The position numbers were made by a program, and so were the translations under genes. A model generated the notes under the pieces. It was not told the DNA's origin. It did not search any database and saw only the letters and a program-made list of their open reading frames with translations. DNA of 63,380 bases, the filler included, from Collodictyon triciliatum (taxonomy: Eukaryota), in the NCBI GenBank assembly GCA_043381765.1. It is 3 parts of 3 records of this genome, joined end to end, with 100 filler letters (N's around TTAATTAATTAA, not from the genome) between each part and the next. Parts side by side here need not be neighbours in the genome. Positions count along the whole stretch, not along the records: positions 1 to 21,409 come from JBHJMP010000334.1; 2 more parts are not named here. The stretch is one strand, 5' to 3'. This document shows, piece after piece, positions 1 through 14,519 of the stretch. Position 1 is the stretch's first letter; every line of letters starts with the position of its first letter.

Positions 1-97
1 CTGTGTACTTTACCTTCATATTCGGGATTTAGGGACAAGATTAAAAAGTGGAAAATAAAAAAAAAAAAAAAAAAAAAGTAAAGAAAAAACTCATAAA

Positions 98-135
<38 letters not shown>

Positions 136-445
136 TAAAACTCATTAGAAATTTCCACATCTACTGTGATGTAATAAGTAATCAATTATTTATGACAAGA
201 ATATAGAAAGATGTACACTTCAGTATATGCATATCTAAATATCACATCGCTTTCTTGTCTGCTCTTAGAGAATTCATTTAAAAAACATTTGATTTTAGCT
301 TTTCGTCAAATCACTAGTATCATCGAAGCTTGTGAGAATTTCTTGCAATCAAGAATTTTCCCTTTTATTCCTTATTTTGGTTGAGATTTCAACACTTATC
401 TATCGTTAATCGAGACAAAGCGAAAGTAGAATGGGATATATGCTA

Positions 446-2685
446 TTAGGACCGGCTCATTCCAGCAGTCTCTTTCTCCTGATTAATCTGGTTCTCATAG
501 TGCCTCATGTGGACCTGATATAAGTGCATACTTTAATATGTATTCAATATCAAGGCTTATTTGTATTCTACAGTGTCATCATCAATGTGAGGACGAATCA
601 TGTATAAAGAAAATGGCAAGCGGCAAGTTGAAAGTTACTTCAATATGCAAATTAAAATCATCTGCGACTGCAATATAAGGGAAATTCCCTCCTCTTCGAA
701 CATCAGCACGACGCGAACCAGCATATTTCTTTAGAATTTCGTCCACTAACTCTTGAGGTGTGGCATTATCATCATTGACCTACACGATGTTTATCGCAAT
801 TGCAATCATTATAACATGAATAGAAACAAGAAAGTGTGATTGGTTGTATCAGACCCCAAATAAATACAAAACACAAAACAAATCTAAAAATAAGAAAGCA
901 TGAATCGGCGCGGAAAACTAATCAAGCAATTGCCCTATGTTATACTCAAACCTTTTTTTTAAAATATTAAAAAAAAAAGGATGAATGGAAATAATTGGTT
1001 TTCTTACCACTATGATGGTGATATTCGACCTCATTATTTTCACATCACCAACCAGTGTCGGGATGCAATTTAGAGAAATTCGCGAGGCCACCTCGGGCTG
1101 GGTAAGTCTTTCGAACTGATTGAACAAATTGAAATAGCAGAATTAATTATTGTATTTCATCTTTTTAAAATTGGAATAAAATGACAACTGTGTGACTTTC
1201 AAACAAAGTAGGATTAAGAGAAAATGAACCGAAAATTATCTTATTAATGCATTCAGATTGATTCAGTTCAGAAGACAGAATTATGATGAGCTGCGTTGAG
1301 AAAAGAAAAAGAGAAATAAGGAAATACATGCTCGACGACAAAGTCGACAGAGTCTGCTATGTTTGCAGGAAGTTCTTCGGACGGAAAGTTTGATAGCAGC
1401 ATACGTTTGAGATAGAATTCAGGGAAATAAGCTATCGTGCTATAATGATGAATTTAAGGACATGACTGTTAAAAGCATTTTTTTCATAGTATCGTAAACA
1501 ATTTATGCGGTGAAATGTGATTAAAGTTACGCAACAGTGAAACTTTCGGTCAAAAAATATAATATTAGAATTGTACTTTAGGACCGTTAAACGAAACTTA
1601 CGATGGAGAACACGGGATTGATTGTGCATAATAACTCGAATCGCAAAACGTGTTATTGAGCACGAGAGAAAGGACCCGGAAAGGTTTGTATTGTGCATAC
1701 AGCTGTGACAGGAATCCTCCCAACCCTGTGCCAAGCAAATGGACCTACTCGAGATAAAAGAGTCCCAAGTACAGAGTTTATTTTGAAGAGAAAAACGTAT
1801 CGCATTCAGATATTTGGGATCACGTTATGAGAATTTGCTTGTGCTTTAATAATATACTCCCACTTCATACGTAATAACCAGAGTTTTTTGGTACGAGAAA
1901 TGATTTACACGAATACACGAAATTGTTAGGGTCGCGGGGGAATGGGTTTTCTTTTTTTTTTTTTTTAATGATGAATAATAATGATAATAATAGTAATAGT
2001 AATAATTACCTTCGGTAGCTTCACCGCGTCTAAAAATCTATCGAATCCGTGGAGCCAATCAGCGTGGGAAAAGTAAGGAGGGCAATTGACCTTGGTACAT
2101 GAGAATTCGCAAAAGAAAAAGTATGGCGGCAAATGAGCACTTGGCGTTCAAATGGTATAATATCTATATCCTTTTTAAAAAAAAATTATAAATTGAAATA
2201 TCAATTCTTTGATTTACCACCATATGTAAGTTTTAATAATCGTACCAATCTATATAAATTGATAAGAGTACCGCAATTAACCGATATCCTTTGGGGCTGA
2301 GACAAATAAACTGGCGATAAAACACATCGGCCGTTCCAGTTACACCAGGAAGCATCACAATCGGGGCAACATCCTTCGGGCCGTAGTCATAAAATGACCA
2401 GTACTTTTCGCCGTGGTGATCCACACTAATCTGCTCGAACACGCGCACCCGTTCGCAATTACTCGTTAGAGTGAAGCTCGTTATTGAAACGTATCAAATA
2501 GCAAAACTTGGTTTTTAATCACTGGGCAATGCAGGTGTGTATATGTGTTTCGCTTGTCGAATAAAGTCATTTAGTGAAATAAAATAATAATAAATAAATA
2601 AATAAAAGAAAACTGAAAATACCTTTTGGAAGGAGACCCACGAACGAAAAAGTTTGTAACCCGACAACTGGGACTCCTCGCCCAT
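446..2685 (-). CDS. SPG21: Maspardin (SPG21/ACP33), alpha/beta-hydrolase fold, multi-exon
   Basis: Manually spliced GT-AG exons give MGEESQLSGYKLFRSWVSFQK|ISVDHHGEKYWSFYDYGPKDVAPIVMLPGVTGTADVFYRQF...VHLLGTGLGGFLSQ...VASRISLNC...GGNFPY...VHMRHYE...*, closely matching maspardin motifs (WSLYDAGP, SGTADVFFRQ, LASRLTLNC, GGNFPY). Confidence 0.93.
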
Positions 2686-3176
2686 CTCGAAATTGTCTTA
2701 TTATCTGGATTTCATTGTTTTTATATGCATAGTATATTCATACTAGTTATAACTGTTAACCCCAAGAGCACAAGGCTGGTCACCCTGCCATAGAGAACAA
2801 GAATAACAGGGGTAAAAATGAATCGATTAGAGAAAAATGACAATGGAGCCTGTTGATCTAGTTTTTGACAGCGATATGGATAGCTTTACCGCCCTCTGCT
2901 AACGCATACTAGTGTTTTAATAGTCCGGATTCAACTAACCCACATCGGAAAACTTGATTCGTCTGCGAGCGTGATGAATCAGAAACGCAATGCGAGCGAA
3001 AGTGAAGAGTTTCGCAGCCGCAAAAGTCCGGTTGGCGCGATGAGGCACTCTCTCCAAGACGCTTTATTTTCCGTCAATATGAGGCGTTTTTGTGGTTCGC
3101 CATATCTTGCCGAGCAAAATGGATACATGAGGAAACCTGAAAGTATGGTAAATATTTGTCTTTTGCGCTTGTTGAG

Positions 3177-3305
3177 ATGGCCACCTCTGCTCACAGCCGC
3201 CAAGTCTGCCTCCTTTACCGCCGCATCCTCAAGAATGAGCTCAACTGGTATATCGATCGCCGATCGTGGTGTGAGCGGGTACGTAACGATAATGGCTCTT
3301 CGTTT

Positions 3306-3381
<76 letters not shown>

Positions 3382-4221
3382 TATTTTTTGGTTTTCATTC
3401 ATTATTTTGTTATTTGCCTTCTTGCTCCATGAAAGAGTGGCTATGCTAAGCCATTGAAGGAGTCATTCCCTAGAGGACTCGAGGGTGTCGCCAGCTTTTT
3501 AGGGTTGCAACTGTTTTCTTTTGTTTTCGTTTTGTTTTCGTTTTGTTTTCGTTTTGTTTTCGTTTTGTTTTCGTTTTGTTTCGTTTCGTTTCGTTTCGTT
3601 TCGTTTCGTTTCGTTTCGTTTCGTTTCGTTTCGTTTCTATTGTTTTCTTTTGTTTTTCGAAAAATAGTTCAGGGGAAACAAACCAACAAACTTTATCGGT
3701 AGCGCTCACAATCATTCTCCAGGCCGTAAAGATTGCTGGTGTGTTCCACTCCCGCAAGACAGAGACCAATCCGTCGTTGATCCAGACCTACGTGGAGGAG
3801 GCCGAGACTTACCTGAGCGAGCATCTCCATCCTGATCCATACATATGTGAGTCTTAGTCATAACACCCAAGTTTCTGTCCATCCCATGCAAGAAAGTGGC
3901 GTAAATACCCGGATGCTCGAGTCCATTTTGTCGCACAATGTGTTTATCAGTCTACTCTTTGTTATTGGGCTGTTGGATGAATGCATCGTCGCTTCATCAT
4001 AATCAGACCCGGCTCTCCCCGGCGGAAGCAAATACCAGCGTAATACTCCTCCTCCGATGCCTGTGAGTTTCACCTCTTTGAACCAGATGCACAGTTCCAA
4101 CCCTTTTGGTGGGGTCTCTTGTTTTGTGGGGCGTGATATGTCTGATGGGTCTGTGGTTTCCTTTGCTATTCGGTGCTTATTCACTTCATGACAGGACGGT
4201 GATGATCACGGCCATCATTGA
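3177..4221 (+). CDS. NDUFB9: NADH dehydrogenase (complex I) subunit B22/NDUFB9, LYR family; exons 3177-3278, 3723-3846, 4007-4062, 4195-4221
   Basis: Spliced product MATSAHSRQVCLLYRRILKNELNW...HLHPDPYIYPALPGGSKYQRNTPPP...DGDDHGHH*; LYR motif plus the HPxPY...PGGSKYxRN signature; intron phases are consistent. Confidence 0.9.
3307..3636. repeat. Poly-T tract and (TTTCG/TTTTG)n microsatellite in NDUFB9 intron 1
   Basis: Seen directly in the sequence. Confidence 0.9.
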
Positions 4222-4725
4222 ACACCGCATCCAGGAATCGAACGCCTTCCTCGTGAGCCAATGGAAAATGATTCACCGCATAAAAAAAAAAAAAAAAAAA
4301 AAAGGAAAAAAAAAAGAAATCGTATTATCACTTTCACTGGTTGATGCGTTCTATTTCTATTTCTATTTCTATTTTTTTTTCTTTTGAAAATCGGTCTCTT
4401 TATTTGTGTCGCTGTTGTTCATTTTCCTCATCGCCCCTTTCTTCGCGGCCCAGAACGTGAGAGCAATCAACAGCAAGAACCAAGAAAGAAGTGCACTCTG
4501 CAGCCCGAAAAGAAAAGAAAAGAAAAGTAGTTTGTTAGTGAAGACAGCGGTCTTTGCGCACCCTCACGCACAGATAAAGATCAGATAAAAGGTTGCGATG
4601 CTTTTCATGTCTTTAGGGTTTCCGAGCGCTGTTTGTGCAGGTGGCCACTTACGAAGCAAGCAGAAGCAAAAGCAGAAGCAAAAGTCCAGACGCCTGCGAC
4701 GGTGACTCGGCAGGAAAGTCGTGGC

Positions 4726-7700
4726 TTACATCGTGACAGCGCCAAACACAGGGTTGTGGCGGCAAATACGGGGGCCTTCCTCATCGTACTGCTTCTTTGT
4801 GTGGCAGGCGGTGTAGAAGTCGGGCTGCAGAGGAGGGAATACGGATGAAGAAAACGTTGGTGATTGATTGCAGTCGCGATAGAGACGAGGGTAAAGAAAC
4901 AAAACAAAACAAAACAAAACAAAACAAAACAAAACAAAAAGGAAGAGCTTGGATGTAAGATATATAGTATTTATAAGGAACGGGGCTGAGAAAAGAGAAA
5001 GTAGCAGAGAGATAGAGAGACCAACGACAAGTAACAATCCAAGCTTGGAACAAGAAAAAATACGTTGGATGAGCAAGAATAAGAAGAAAAAAAAAAGGAC
5101 AAATAAAAATGTAATAATTGAGATGCGGTTCGTGTTTTCCAGCACTTGTAAATTATGTGGGAGTAAATGCAGGATTAGGTGTGAGAAAAAAAAGAAAAGA
5201 AAGGAGCAAAGAGAAGAAAGAACGCACTGTGCTGGCCAATAAGCTTCCACCGGTGAAGACGGCATAGCGCTGCTTGCTGTGGGACACAACATTGACTTCG
5301 ATGGGGCTTGGCTTGGTCTTTCCACCAGAGAGCTCCTCGGTGCGCTTGAGTCTTTCGTCCACAAACTTTCTCACGTCGCGCTGCAGGCGCTTGTCAAAGT
5401 CCTTGAACATGGTCGTTCCTCCAGAGAGAACGATATTCTATACGCAGCGCGGATGAATTAGGTGTTTCTTGTTGCTCTCTTTTTTTCTTCTTTTTTTTTT
5501 TTTATTATTATTATTCAGAGCAACTGTTTTGGTATTCACTTGGGAATAAAGGAATAGCAATCTTATAAAGAAATCGTTTAGAAAGGAGTGAGCAGAGCGC
5601 AGTTGAACCACAATCACACAGAAATTGCTCTGATGGTAATTGTGGGTGTTTGTATTTCGTACATGAAAGTGTGATAGAGACCAGAATAGATTACCTTGTA
5701 AAGAGGGCGGCGAGAATCGATGGGGCAGCTTTGGATAGTCTGGTCCACAATGTCCGGAAGGGGGGTGGTGAAGTTGGGGCTGAAAATCTCGGGGTTGAAG
5801 AAGATTTCGGGGCCCAAGAAGCGCTCGTAGCCGACATCGACGGTATATTTCTACATGGCCGATGAGTTGCTTTTAATTCGATATTAAATGGGGTATTTGT
5901 AGAGAACAAAGAAAAAGAAACAGAAAAGACATCAAATAATTCGTAATTTTAATATGGGAAGAGACACTTCAGAAGCGTGGGAATGGAAATCAGGAGGGGA
6001 ATGAGAATATATTTAGGAAAATACATGAAAAGATAAATTACATGGTGTGGGAGAGCATAACATAGTAGTCAAATGAGAGGGAGGGAAGCGGGATACGGCT
6101 CGTGAGAGGCAACTCACGAGATTGGCGGAAATAAGAAATGAAAATGCATACGGCTTTGGTCTTCGTGTTGGTGCCAGTATACTTTTCGAATTTTGAGGGA
6201 TTTGCGTCGTAGATTTTGAATTCATCGGCAAAGTCCTTGCAAGTGTAACCGTAGAGTTCCTGGTTATAGCGAATATTAGAACCATGATACTTTAGCTTCA
6301 AAGCGTGAAATATGTGATTTGTAAATAAGTGTATGGCCAAAGGAGCACAGTCGAACTTTTTCAAATGAACAACACACACGCATCATTCGGTATCTCAAAT
6401 TTCTATATATTTTATATTATATCAAGCTCCATTTACTGCTTGATGTTTATATTTGCTTAAAAGTAGTAATAAAGATGTTTTCAGATAATGAGACCAAGGA
6501 GGAAGGGAGAGGGGTAGGAAGAAGGAAAAGGGAAAGGGAAAGGGAAAAGGAGAGAAAAAAGAAGAAAGCTCGACATAAAAGCATACAAGTCGTCCAAAAA
6601 TAAAAATGATAGATATCTGTAAAAAAAAAAAAATTGTTGTGAAAGAATTGAGATAAATCTAAACCTTGATCTTCTTTGCAACTTCGAGTGAATCCTCGGC
6701 TGGGATGGGCTCGTTGCGCTCACGATGCAGCTGCTGGATAAAAGAGGTGATGTCGCGTCCGGCAAGCGGGATATGCTTGATGCTGGAACCGACGACATAG
6801 CCGTCCACCACTGGGATGACGTGCGTGACTCCGTCGCCTGAATCGACCACTGTGCCGGTCAGGGTCTTGACATTCTGCTTCTTGGAGCGCCAGGAGGCCG
6901 CAAGGGCAAGGACAGCCTGCACGCCAATGTAAAGGCCGGGCACGTTGAAGGTCTCGAACATGATTTCGGCTGTGTACTCGCGGTTCTCGGGGGCGTTGAG
7001 GGGTGGCTCAGTCTGATACGGTTCAATTAAGTGCAGTTAGTTTAGTGCGGTGATGTTGTCCCTTCTATTCATCTCGGTCTCTCTCTTGCCATATCAAATC
7101 AAAAAGGTGGTGGTATGGTTGAATCGTCATTGCGATGGAAGTATAATATTAGGGCATGTTGGAATATCTCTGGGGGTCTCCATTTGAAAGGATTTGGAGA
7201 GAGGCAGGCATAGAGAGAAAGTGAAGTGAAGTGAAGTGAAGTGAAGTGAAGTGAAGTGAAGTGAAGTGAAGTGAAGTGAAGTGAAGTGAAGTGAAGTGAA
7301 GTGAAGTGAAGTGAAGTGAAGTGAAGTGAAGTGAAGTGAAGTGAAGTGAAGTGAAGTGAAGTGAAATAGAGTACGATGCAGGGTATGATGAGGGTTGGAA
7401 TGATAATGAGTTATCGTACGAGCAGAAAGTGATGGTCCTCGGGCTCGCAGCGCATGTACTTGAAGATGCATTGCTCCCAGAAGCGCTCGATCAGGTCCCA
7501 GTTGTCAATCTGACCGTGCTTGAGAGGGTAGTTGATCTATGCAGAGGGAATGTGTAATTGGTATATTAATATATGCGTATGTGTATCTAGAGATAATGGC
7601 AGCTTTGTTCATAAGATAAGAATATTGTTGTTGTTTTTTAAAAAAAAATGATAAAAAGAAAGAAAAAGGGTTTGAGGAAATCAGAAAGTGGAAAGTGGAA

Positions 7701-7797
7701 AATATATAAAGTAGGGGTTGAGAAGCAGAAGGAAAGCAAGAGATGCCTGGTAGCTGTGTGAGTTGGCCATGGCTTCGTGGCCAATGAAAAAGTCGAG
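4726..7797 (-). CDS. ARP3: Actin-related protein 3 (Arp2/3 complex); 5' end lost in N gap 7798-8254
   Basis: Exons encode [89 protein letters not shown] and the C-terminus [26 protein letters not shown]. Confidence 0.97.
7220..7364. repeat. (GAAGT)n microsatellite in an Arp3 intron
   Basis: Perfect pentamer array. Confidence 0.95.
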
Positions 7798-9439
7798 NNN
7801 NNNNNNNNNNNNNNNNNNNNNNNNNNNNNNNNNNNNNNNNNNNNNNNNNNNNNNNNNNNNNNNNNNNNNNNNNNNNNNNNNNNNNNNNNNNNNNNNNNNN
7901 NNNNNNNNNNNNNNNNNNNNNNNNNNNNNNNNNNNNNNNNNNNNNNNNNNNNNNNNNNNNNNNNNNNNNNNNNNNNNNNNNNNNNNNNNNNNNNNNNNNN
8001 NNNNNNNNNNNNNNNNNNNNNNNNNNNNNNNNNNNNNNNNNNNNNNNNNNNNNNNNNNNNNNNNNNNNNNNNNNNNNNNNNNNNNNNNNNNNNNNNNNNN
8101 NNNNNNNNNNNNNNNNNNNNNNNNNNNNNNNNNNNNNNNNNNNNNNNNNNNNNNNNNNNNNNNNNNNNNNNNNNNNNNNNNNNNNNNNNNNNNNNNNNNN
8201 NNNNNNNNNNNNNNNNNNNNNNNNNNNNNNNNNNNNNNNNNNNNNNNNNNNNNNGGGCAAAAAGAAAGAACAGGAAAGAAGAGCGGTGGTGTAGAGAAGA
8301 ATATAGAAAGGGAATATTAAAAAAATAGAGAAACAAGTCAAGGAGCGAGAGTGAGCTGTGAACTTCTCAGATTTGATGCTATTGAGTCCATGGTGAACAT
8401 GGATCATAACAACAGTAAGGAAAATAATAAGGAAAGCCTCTTCTTTTTTTTTTTCCAACACCCAGCCAATCGTGCGCCTCTCAAAGATCACAAAAGGCAG
8501 GGAAAGTCTCTTCTTCTCTTCTCAGGCTGCGAAGAGCAGTATGGCTTCAACTTTCGGACTCCGACTGTTGATTCATCCGCACTCTTTCAAAAAGGCTCTG
8601 CGCGACACAAGTCTGACATGGTTGTTTTGTTACGCTTGGGCAGACTTGCTTTTGGGACTCGGGGCTTTGCGCTGCTTCGTTGCTTCGTTGTGATGTGTGA
8701 TTTGTGATTTGTGATGTGGACTGTCTGTCTGATTTGTGATTGCTTTGGTTTGACTGATGTTCGCGTTGATCGCAGAGGATTTTCATTGAATGCATGCATA
8801 TATGGAAAATAGACGATTGTTCATTGAAAATTGGCAGATTTGGACGAGGGTTGTGAATTCTCGTCCTTTTACACTTGAGGGTGGACTTGGATGTCAAATT
8901 GTTTCTGCATTTGCAACAAGTCCAATAATATTGTAAATATTTACATTATAATACCATTATACATATATTTTGTATTATTCAATATGCTATATTATAGTTC
9001 TGAATGAATATATTTCATAAATTCCACTTATGATTTGAACGAAGGGAAAATGTGTCCAACACAAGCCGCAGCCACTTGACGTCCTTTGATATTCGCAGAA
9101 AAGAGACATATTAAGGGGTGAAGTAATGGTGCTGTTTTTACCTGATGTGGAATACATCTTTTGTGGCCTTCGCATGTATTTAAATTGCCTTTTGTTTCGC
9201 TTGTGATCGCACTGTGGCTCAAAGAAAATCCGAGGGAAATGTCACAAAGGCCGCTGGAATGAAGTAGGTGACTGCGTAGTCGCGCGACCCAGTGATGCGC
9301 GCAGAATGCGGCCAAAGACCAAGGAAACATACGAGAACTCTGAACAAGAGAACCAAAAACCAAAAAAACAAACCAAAGATGTTTCACCTCTCTTTCACAC
9401 AATCCTCGCAGTAACCAAACGCCACCAGTCTTTTTCAGT

Positions 9440-12400
9440 ATGTGTGGGATTCTGGCTGTGTTCTCCTCTCAAGAAGACCCCGGTGCATTCCGCAAGAAAC
9501 TCATCACGCTTTCTTCTCGGTAAGCAAATGTTTAATATTCTTTTGGACACACACCGTCTTCCTTTCGTCTAAAAAAAAAAAAGCAAAACACAACACACAA
9601 CAACAAAGAAACAAAAGAAACCAGGAAAATCGAAAACGAAAACAGAAGGGAAAATATTGAAAAAACCGAGCAGTTGATTAATTCAAGAAAAAGAAGAAAA
9701 AGAAGAAAAAGAAAAAGAAGAAAAAGAAGAGGAAGTCATGAACGCGGCTAGCGTCCTGGATATGTCCTTTTTCCTGGTTGACTGCGGCTGTCATAACCAC
9801 CGCCTTCCTCCTCATACAGTCTGCGCCACCGCGGACCCGACTGGTCGGGAGTTTACAATCACCGCAACAACTGGATCAGCCATGAGCGTCTCGCGATTGT
9901 GGATCTCGACAACGGAGCACAGCCTCTATTTAATGGAGAAGTATTGTTTTTTCTTCTTCTTTCACGTCTACCACTTATTTTTTTTTTAAGTTTTCTTTCT
10001 TTCTGATTGTTTTAAAATCTCAAATGCATACTTCGTTCCTGTCTCTACGAGCTATCTTTTCATCCGTGTGGCAACTCGCCCTTTTTTTTTTTTAACTTTA
10101 AACTTTTCGTTTGAACAATAAAACAGATGATTGATTTAGCACAAATTTATGAGTTAATGTGTTACTGTTGGATACTATGTCAATTTTATCTATTTTTATT
10201 CTTCCTCTCAGGACTGTCCTTCGAAGAACAAGATTGCTCTGGGCGTTAATGGCGAAATATACAACTACAAAGCACTTAATGCCAGTTTGAAGCAAAAGCA
10301 TACGTTCAGCACACATTCTGACTGCGAGCCAATTATCCATTTGGTAATGATGCCCATTCATACGATTGTAATTAAAAGAGAGTTCCTAGGCGCTTTTATC
10401 TGTTTTCCCTATACCAATGCCTTTCCAAACCTAAATAGCCACTTAAATCACACTCGTTAAGACGACCGCTATAGCTATACTCACACTTTTTTTTTATTTA
10501 TGTACACTTTTTTCTATCTTTTTATATTTTCTTTCATGTGTTTGAAGTATGAGGAAATTGGACTGGAGACTGCATCGAAGCTGGACGGTATCTTTTCTTT
10601 TGTCCTCTACGATGGAAAGACTTACTATGCGGCCCGCGACCCAATTGGCGTGACTCCTCTCTATATCGGTATTTTCCGAACAAATCCATTAGAAATGAAT
10701 GTACATCACCAAAAAAAAAAAACCCTATTCATGAAATATACTCTATTCTCCATTATCTGCCACGTAATAATACATATATATGCTATCATCACCATGACCA
10801 TTCCCAAAAAAAACATCAAAAAACAACTCATGTAACAAACCTTAAAAAATCACATTAAAAATAATACATAATTAAATTGATTATGGGGCTAACTCTGCAG
10901 GATATGGAAAAGATGGGTCTGTCTGGTTTGCTAGTGAGATGAAATGCCTCAAGGATGATTGTCTCAAGATCGAGGTCTTCCCACCAGGCCACTACTATAC
11001 CCCTGAGACCGGCTTTGTGCGCTACTACAATCCTGTCTGGTAATGCACAATCCTTTTCGCCATTCTTTATTATTGAACCAAATGCCTTACTTCACATCAT
11101 TTCACGTGAATAGTCTGCGTTTACCCATTTTATCTCCCGCAACTATAATTCCTTGACCCTGCTCGCATTTATTTGTTTACACATTCGAATACTCTGTAAA
11201 CTGATAATCCGCCACATGTTTTGGCTCAGGTGGAACCCAGAACACATTCCCACAGCAGAGACAAATTACGTGAAGCTCCGGGAAACTTTTGAAGCCTCTG
11301 TCGTCAGCCAACTTATGAGCGATGTAACAGATCCTGATTTACTAATTTCTTGATTTTCGAATTCACTCCAAATAACTCACAATCATAATCTTTGCATGAC
11401 GCACGGGAGTCGATGAATAATTATATATAATCTTATTATTGCATTTCAGTGAGTTTACATTTTTCTTTCATGAGGGGTTTGTGAGCTTTTATAATTGATA
11501 AAATAACCACGAAAGGTGCCTATGGGCGTACTTCTTTCTGGAGGCCTTGACTCCAGCCTGGTTTCAGCTATCGTAGCTCGACACGTGAAGGAGCTCCAGT
11601 GGCCCAGGTTTTCTTTTCTTTTCTTTTTTTTTTTTTTATTAAAAAAGTTCTCGATTGAACAACTGTCAAGGCAAGATATAACTGTTGAAAGAAATGTAAC
11701 AAAATAAAGAAGAGATCATCATATCTTATTCGTATTCAATTGCCCAACATTTATCAATGCTGTTAAACCACTTATACAGCCTCCATTCATTTTCTATTGG
11801 ACTTCGCGCTGATACACCAGACCTGAAAGCAGCCAGAAAAGTCGCAGAATTCCTCAAAACTCATCACCATGAGTATTACTTTACCGTTCAGGTATCTTGA
11901 TATGGTTCTACAATACTACAGTCGCATAAATATTTCATAAATGAAAAAAAAATATAATTTTCTTTCTTTCGTTTCTCGACATTCTTTCCTTCCTTCCCCT
12001 CCTTTTTTTTCCACTTAAGGGTTTCGAACAGAGACAAAAAAAGAAGAAAAGGAAATAAAATAACATAACATAAAATATAAATAAAAATTTGAAACCAAGC
12101 ATCCGATAAAAAAACATGTAATTTTTTTAACATTCCCATTTTATTTATACCCTAACCTTGAATCCTCTAGGATGGACTTGATGCCTTGAAAAGCGTTATC
12201 TGGCATTTGGAGAGCTATGATGTGACCACCATTCGCGCAAGTACCCCGATGTACTTCTTGGCTCGAAAAATCAAAGGTATTACAAATAATTTAATCACTA
12301 TTTCAATAGACAATACATCTGTTTGCGGTATGCATGTGTGTCGTTTCTTATAAGGTTTTCTTCTCCCAGCCATGGGTGTTAAAATGGTCCTTTCTGGCGA

Positions 12401-14102
12401 GGGTTCGGACGAAATATTCGGTGGGTATCTCTACTTCCACAACGCCCCATCTGCTGATGAGTTCCACAAGGAATGTGTTCGCCGAGTCAAGAACCTTCAC
12501 CTGTCTGATTGCTTGCGTGCAAACAAGGCCACCCAGGTCAAATATATATTCATCATTATCATTATAATCATAATCAAATGCCAGCTGTTAATCCATGCAT
12601 AATTCATTATGCCTCTAACTTGAAATAAAATAGGCTTGGGGAGTTGAGGCTCGAGTCCCGTTCTTGGACTTGAACTTCCTGGAGGTAGTTCTCCATGATT
12701 ATTCATATCCCTCGTCTCCCTTCTAGCTGAAAACCTCACTGCCATAACCGCTTTATTCCAGGATGTTTTGACGCAAAAATTTTCTCCTAAATACCCGCTC
12801 CTCTGATGGCGTATTTACTTTGCTTACTATAATTACAAAGGTTGCCATGAACACCAGGGCAGAAGACAAGCTATGCAGCAAGCAGAAGATCGAAAAATAC
12901 ATTTTGAGAAAGGTATGGATCCATTTTATCTGATTCGATGATGGCAAAATGTCCAAATGGACGCCATCCAAAGATGGCCAATCTTTTGAACAATACAAAT
13001 TTGTTGTCAACAACAACAAATAAATTTTAATACGGACAGAGATATATGAGATTAAGTTAGAAATAATAAATGATCCGAATATCCATAAATGAACACATTC
13101 AGGAAAATATATCATAAATACATGAGAATGCCAGAGTAATAATATTGAACAAACAAAACAACCGAAAATACTTTTTTTTTTTTAAAAAAAAAATTATTCA
13201 TATCCTCAACTTCATTCTGATGACAGGCATTCGAACGCCTCGAGGACCCGTATCTCCCTGAGGACATTCTTTGGCGCCAGAAGGAGCAGTTTTCCGATGG
13301 TGTGGGGTATTCATGGATTGACGGGCTCATTGCGTATGCCAACGAACAGGTATCACAGGAAGGAATACAAATGGATAATGCACATTGCCATATTTCCCCA
13401 GGATACCAATGATATCTTTTAAATTACCATCCATTATTACTCTGTTCATCTCTTCCTTTGATACCTTTCTGTGGGAATTCATGTTGAACTTTTCCAGGTC
13501 TCTGATGCGGAATTCAACGCTGCAGAATACCGTTTCCCATACAACACACCCGCCACGAAGGAGGCATATTATTACCGCACTCTGTTCTACCAATTATTCC
13601 CCGAGCCGACTTGTGGTATGCAACCTCTAAAAACACATGCTAGTTATGAGAAGATGCTCATGCTCGTAGATTTCAAGTAGACTATGAAAAATGTATAAGA
13701 AATGATATAAGAAAACTCCAATCTCATTCAACAATTCACTCCCCATTAGCCATGACTGTGATGGCCTGGGTTCCAACATGGGGTGCCAGCAAAGACCCAT
13801 CGGGCAGAGCACAGAAGGTTCACCAAATGACGATTTTGGATAACGTAAGTTTGGACAGTTATCGCCCCTTGGTGAAAGCTGCTGGCTATGTCCTATTTTT
13901 CACTATTTCCTTCCTCTCCCTATGAATCACCCTTTGCTGTTACTTTTTAATGGTGGTCAGCTTTGTGGATTCTTAATACTGGGCCATTCAAATGACAATT
14001 ACCGCTACCTTCGCATAGCTGAACCCTAATAATGCTTAGGGAAACGAGAGCGAGACTGAGTCGTCTGCTGCCAAGAAAACAAAACCGAACGTTCAAGAAT
14101 AA
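9440..14102 (+). CDS. ASNS: Asparagine synthetase (glutamine-hydrolysing), multi-exon
   Basis: N-terminal MCGILA (Ntn Cys), [82 protein letters not shown]. Confidence 0.97.
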
Positions 14103-14519
14103 AAAAAATCTTGTGAAGAATAAACAGCAAATAACTGATTCTTTTTCATGAATTAAGTGGGTAAATATCGTAGCTTCAGGTTTCTATAAAGAAACCAACT
14201 TTATGTCCAAGACAAATGACAGTGTCTCAATACAAATTGTTAGAATCAGTATACTCCATGAGAGTCGATTTTAGAGAACAGATTAAAAAAAAAGAAAGGA
14301 GAGGGTAACCTTGGCGACGACTTTGGTCATATAATTCTTACTTTTCGCCTTAAGAAGGAGTCCATTCTCCGTTGAACAACTTGGAGACGATTTGATAAGA
14401 AAAAACAAACAAAACAACACTAAGAAAAAAACAAAAACATACGAACAACTAATTGAGCCCGACCCCAAAATTACAAGGTTCAGAAGAAGACTGAATTAGG
14501 AATACAGCAATGGAGGCGG

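Noticed and set aside
4633-4848. Small plus-strand membrane-protein ORF
   Set aside because: Antisense to the Arp3 last exon and 3' UTR, non-ATG start, no recognisable family.
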